DNA of 10,620 nt. Origin: Campylobacterales bacterium (GTDB lineage: Bacteria > Campylobacterota > Campylobacteria > Campylobacterales > Sulfurimonadaceae). The notes below the pieces were generated by a model, which saw nothing but the letters and a program-made list of their open reading frames with translations, was not told the DNA's origin and ran no database searches. The stretch covers positions 1 to 10,620 of the forward strand of contig JBBRBK010000069.1 in the NCBI GenBank assembly GCA_038205935.1, written 5' to 3'. A program made the translations under genes and the position numbers. Below are positions 8,406-10,620 of the stretch, in pieces (the stretch's first letter is position 1; each line of letters opens with the position of its first letter).

Positions 8406-8681
8406 CTAGCTCATTGCTAAATGAGTGTATATTGCTCTAAAAACATCATCAATAGCTTTTTTATGAGCCTCAATCTCTTCATTAGTAGCCTTAGCTGCCG
8501 CTTTTAATTTCTCTTTTGCATCTTTGATCTTCAACTCTACGCTTTTGATCTTTTCGTTCAGTTCTCTCATGGTGTCCGTATCCGACGCTGAGAATTCCTC
8601 TTTTAGTTCTTTTAGTTTTGCTTCATACTCATCTAGTTGAATTTGTTTTGTTTGTAGGTATAGTGCTTGCTCGTTCATCAT
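8406..8681 (-). CDS. Small (about 91 aa) charged coiled-coil protein, possibly Sll1863-like
   Basis: AAAGGA RBS before ATG ATG at 8681/8678; the ORF-track start at 8825 is probably too long. The sequence MMNEQALYLQTKQIQLDEYEAKLKELKE... is a two-helix heptad pattern. The stop is 23 nt from the ATPase start. The family call is from recalled resemblance only. Confidence 0.75.
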   Translation of the reverse strand: MMNEQALYLQTKQIQLDEYEAKLKELKEEFSASDTDTMRELNEKIKSVELKIKDAKEKLKAAAKATNEEIEAHKKAIDDVFRAIYTHLAMS

Positions 8682-8872
8682 AGTTCCTTTTATTGATTCT
8701 TTTTTGAGTTTAACTTCGATCTCTTCAAAAAGAGGGCTTTTATTACTATAGCTTATATTTGTCTGATTGTCCAGCTTTTTTTTGAACAAACATAGCCGTG
8801 CTAAGAAGAGAAATAAATGTAACAATCAGTTTTGAAAATTTCATAACGATCTCTTGGTATTGTACGAGGGGA

Positions 8873-8898
8873 AATCGGCTTTTTAAAAACAGCCGATT
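8873..8898 (-). terminator. Hairpin downstream of the lipoprotein gene (weak intrinsic terminator candidate)
   Basis: aatcggct ... agccgatt perfect 8-bp inverted repeat 9 nt after the stop; only a short U tract on the minus strand. Confidence 0.55.
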
Positions 8899-8907
8899 AT
8901 TTGTTCT

Positions 8908-9294
8908 TTATTTGAGGTCGAGTTTTTGATCAGGATACTTTTCATAAAAAAGAGCTTCATTCTCATCTTTTATTTTTGTTCCCTCAGCTATAGCTTGATT
9001 GCCTTTTTCTACTTTTTCTTTACCATTGGTCATATCATTGTTCCCAGCTTTTACAAGTTCTTCACCCTCTTTAACCTGCTTTGAACCTTTATCCCATCTT
9101 GCCGCGATCTCTTTTTGATCTATGCTCATCTCTTTGCCATCAGCTGCATGCATTCTCATAAAATCACCAGTCGTTGGAGGAGTTGCACTTTCATTTGTAC
9201 AACCTGTAAGTGTAAGCATCGCAACTGCAAATGCGCCTACAACTTTCAACTGAACCGTTTTGTTAACTTGAGTTTTTGTTTCATTTTTTCTCAT
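8908..9294 (-). CDS. Uncharacterised lipoprotein with Gly-heptad repeat helix
   Basis: Lipobox LTGC (Cys32) after a hydrophobic stretch; Gly at residues 70, 77, 84, 91, 98 and 105; GGCGGA RBS. Confidence 0.8.
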   Translation of the reverse strand: MRKNETKTQVNKTVQLKVVGAFAVAMLTLTGCTNESATPPTTGDFMRMHAADGKEMSIDQKEIAARWDKGSKQVKEGEELVKAGNNDMTNGKEKVEKGNQAIAEGTKIKDENEALFYEKYPDQKLDLK

Positions 9295-9333
9295 TTTTTT
9301 ATCCGCCTTTTTTTAAGTTTTTTATTCATCGAT

Positions 9334-9366
9334 AATGTAACAAGTAGCAGTTACTTTTTAGTTATT
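9334..9366 (-). promoter_or_regulatory. Conserved upstream motif, copy 2 (lipoprotein)
   Basis: Minus strand: AATAACT AAAA AGTAACT, 9 nt (GCTACTTGT), then TACATT, which forms an extended TGn-10. Confidence 0.55.
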
Positions 9367-9382
9367 TTAAACTCTAAACAAA

Positions 9383-9415
9383 AATAACTTGTTAGTAACT
9401 ATATGCGGATACCAT
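9383..9415 (+). promoter_or_regulatory. Conserved upstream motif, copy 3 (uORF/diguanylate cyclase)
   Basis: AATAACT TGTT AGTAACT, 9 nt (ATATGCGGA), then TACCAT. Confidence 0.55.
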
Positions 9416-9478
9416 TACTTAGATCAAACTTGTGGATTTTTTTACTTTATGGTTTGAATTATACTTTTGGGGAAAGTC

Positions 9479-9571
9479 ATGCAAAAAATTGTTGTTAGTT
9501 TGTTAGTCATCACTTTTTTAACGACTACTCAAGAGAACCAAACTAGAGACAAAGAAATAGGTAAATCTTAA
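9479..9571 (+). other. 30-aa upstream ORF overlapping the start of the GGDEF gene
   Basis: GGGGAAAG precedes the ATG; encodes MQKIVVSLLVITFLTTTQENQTRDKEIGKS*. The stop overlaps the next start (TAATG). Confidence 0.4.
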
Positions 9572-10620
9572 TGAAAAATTCTATTATAAACACTACATCT
9601 TCAGAAGTATTGACGCGAACACTATCTGAACTCCAAGAACATCAAATCGAATTGGAGATGCAAAATGAAGAGTTACTTCGTATGCAAGAAGAGTTGCGTG
9701 AAACTAAAGAACGTTATTTTGATCTTTATAATATGGCTCCCATAGGATATTGCACCCTTAGTTCCGAGGGACTAATCGAAGAAGCCAATCTTACTATTTC
9801 GAAAATGCTCGATGTTGAGCGAAATACTCTAATTAAAGCTTCGATAATCAATTTTATCCTTTCTGAAGACCAAAATATTTATTCCCTGTTTAGTAAAAAG
9901 TTTTTAGCAATACCGACATCTAATCTATGCGAATTAAGAATGGTGAAAAAAGATGGCACATCCTTTTGGGTGCAAATAGCCTTTTCTATGTCGAAAAATA
10001 GTGATAATATAGAAGTTTTACGGTTGATTATGAGTGATATTTCTTTTTTAAAACAACGTGAATCTCAGCTCGAAAATCTAGCTCATTATGATTCATTGAC
10101 AAGCCTTCCTAACCGTGTACTATTATCAGATCGGCTTCATCAGGGAATGATTCAAGCACGGCGCCACCATCAATCCATGGTGATCGCATATCTTGATTTA
10201 GACGGATTTAAAGAGGTTAACGACACTTATGGACATGATGTTGGAGATCAACTGTTAATTGCTTTGGCTACAAAGATGCAACAGGCTTTACGAGAGGGAG
10301 GTACACTTTCTCGAATCGGCGGTGATGAGTTTGTAGTTGTGCTACCGGAACTCTCAACAATAGAAGACTCTGTCCCATTACTAGAGCGATTATTAAGCGC
10401 GGCATCACAGCAGATTCATATCGGTGAACACATGGTGCAAGTATCGGCGAGTTTTGGTGTTACTATTTTCCCACAGCTCGAAGATGTTGATGCAGATTTA
10501 CTGCTTCGTCAGGCCGATCAGGCAATGTATCAAGCAAAACTCTCTGGTAAAAATCATTATGAATTTTTTAATTTAAAGCAAAATGATATGCTTATAGAGC
10601 GTTATGAAGCAATAAAAAAT
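9571..10620 (+). CDS. Coiled-coil + PAS/PAC + GGDEF diguanylate cyclase, truncated by the right edge (an EAL domain may follow)
   Basis: Not in the ORF track because there is no stop in the window; translated by hand. Contains ELQEHQIELEMQNEEL..RYFDLYNMAPIGY, CELRMVKKDGTSFWV, AHYDSLTSLPNR, DLDGFKEVNDTYGHDVGD, RIGGDEF (GGDEF at 10318..10332) and ADQAMYQAKLSGKN, and stays open to the end. Confidence 0.93.
   Translation, partial: MKNSIINTTSSEVLTRTLSELQEHQIELEMQNEELLRMQEELRETKERYFDLYNMAPIGYCTLSSEGLIEEANLTISKMLDVERNTLIKASIINFILSEDQNIYSLFSKKFLAIPTSNLCELRMVKKDGTSFWVQIAFSMSKNSDNIEVLRLIMSDISFLKQRESQLENLAHYDSLTSLPNRVLLSDRLHQGMIQARRHHQSMVIAYLDLDGFKEVNDTYGHDVGDQLLIALATKMQQALREGGTLSRIGGDEFVVVLPELSTIEDSVPLLERLLSAASQQIHIGEHMVQVSASFGVTIFPQLEDVDADLLLRQADQAMYQAKLSGKNHYEFFNLKQNDMLIERYEAIKN

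Noticed and set aside
8682..8825. N-terminal extension of the 139-aa ORF
   Set aside because: A strong RBS sits before the ATG at 8681, and the extension overlaps likely promoter DNA (TATAGT at 8750..8745, minus strand).
699..9387. Short antisense or alternate-frame ORFs in the track (e.g. 909..1169, 2878..3159, 4414..4728, 5726..6016, 6081..7899 set, 9115..9387)
   Set aside because: They are shadows of well-supported genes and show no recognisable motifs.

Overview
AT-rich bacterial window; gene style suggests a Sulfurimonas/Sulfuricurvum-like Campylobacterota (inference). In order it holds: the 5' part of a cytochrome c553-type gene (minus, runs off the left edge), a variant SelO/YdiU AMPylase, a PilZ-domain protein and a CadF/OprF-like OmpA protein. 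A minus-strand cluster follows, reading right to left: Gly-heptad lipoprotein, small coiled-coil protein, plant/fungal-type P3A H+-ATPase and class III-like PPK2. A coiled-coil-PAS-GGDEF gene runs off the right edge. The strongest candidate for an undescribed system is the coiled-coil/H+-ATPase/PPK2 operon, possibly a polyphosphate-fuelled proton pump. Second is an upstream motif, AATAACY-N4-AGTAACT-N9-TAnnnT, repeated in front of ompA, the lipoprotein and the diguanylate cyclase. I saw no RNA genes, CRISPR arrays or transposases.
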